Program-made: the position numbers and the translations under genes
Notes under the pieces: generated by a model
Told to the model about the DNA's origin: nothing
Seen by the model: the letters and a program-made list of their open reading frames with translations, nothing else
The model's database searches: none
Assembly (NCBI GenBank): GCA_963795855.1
Contig: CAWCIZ010000001.1
Coordinates: 640,001 to 704,000, forward strand
DNA length: 64,000 nt
Direction: 5' to 3'
Source: Vulcanimicrobiota bacterium
GTDB taxonomy: Bacteria; Vulcanimicrobiota; Vulcanimicrobiia; Vulcanimicrobiales; Vulcanimicrobiaceae
Part shown: piece after piece, positions 63,761 to 64,000 of the stretch
How the letters are laid out: every line of letters starts with the position of its first letter
Position numbering within the stretch: position 1 is the first letter of the stretch

Positions 63761-64000
63761 TCAATTCTTCGTGCGCTTCTCCGTGTGCCGCCAAAGCCAG
63801 GATGCTCTGCGGGGCGCTTTTCCTAGAGCGGCCTGAGCCGATGCAGCGCCAACCGGAGCAGGGCGAAAGTTGATGATCACCACGCGAATGATACCGGCCA
63901 CTGGGACGGCGAGTAGAAGTCCTGGAATACCGGCGAGCTCACCGCCGGCAAGTAAAGCCAGGATGACCGCAAGCGGGGTCAACTCCACGCTCTTGCTGAC
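63761..64000 (-). CDS. AI-2E (PerM) family transporter, 3' part only
   Basis: SVELTPLAVILALLAGGELAGIPGLLLAVPVAGII motif. Confidence 0.8.
   Translation of the reverse strand, partial: VSKSVELTPLAVILALLAGGELAGIPGLLLAVPVAGIIRVVIINFRPAPVGAASAQAALGKAPRRASWLWRHTEKRTKN

Overview
A GC-rich bacterial chromosomal segment. My inference is a diderm Terrabacterium, probably Candidatus Eremiobacterota (WPS-2), based on PknB-PASTA, SpoIID, ruvCAB-queA synteny and an MCE protein with a beta-barrel tail. Many single-base indels break even essential genes (valS, pyrB, carA, carB, pknB, queA), so most frameshifts are best read as long-read consensus errors. In order, the window holds: secreted lipoproteins and an orphan NarL-type regulator; a Wzx/Wzy exopolysaccharide locus (formyltransferase, DegT aminotransferase, polymerase/ligase, flippase, priming transferase, GNAT, tandem two-domain glycosyltransferase, TlpA, Wza, Wzc); valS-pyrR-pyrB-pyrC-carA; a BatD-like/MoxR/DUF58/VWA module, pdxH, a YCII plus ECF42-type sigma pair and an epimerase; carB; pbpA-pknB-ruvCAB-spoIID-PilZ-queA; quinone reductase, SOD, rqcH, gmk-rpoZ and glmS; LigD-Pol, rph, mlaEFD, rhomboid, panE, RidA, an epimerase/dehydrogenase and AIM24; a 1.46 kb insertion flanked by 33-bp direct repeats; a Xer recombinase-HD hydrolase-DUF4097 operon; a second NarL regulator; and a partial AI-2E transporter. 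The most notable unexplained signals are the tandem structured repeat in the glmS leader, the att-like insertion carrying a decayed S9 peptidase, an AT-rich dif-like palindrome just upstream of the Xer gene, three atypical orphan response regulators with candidate GGGNC-N4-GNCCC operators, and two divergent genes whose start codons overlap in one palindrome. I found no tRNA, rRNA or CRISPR array.
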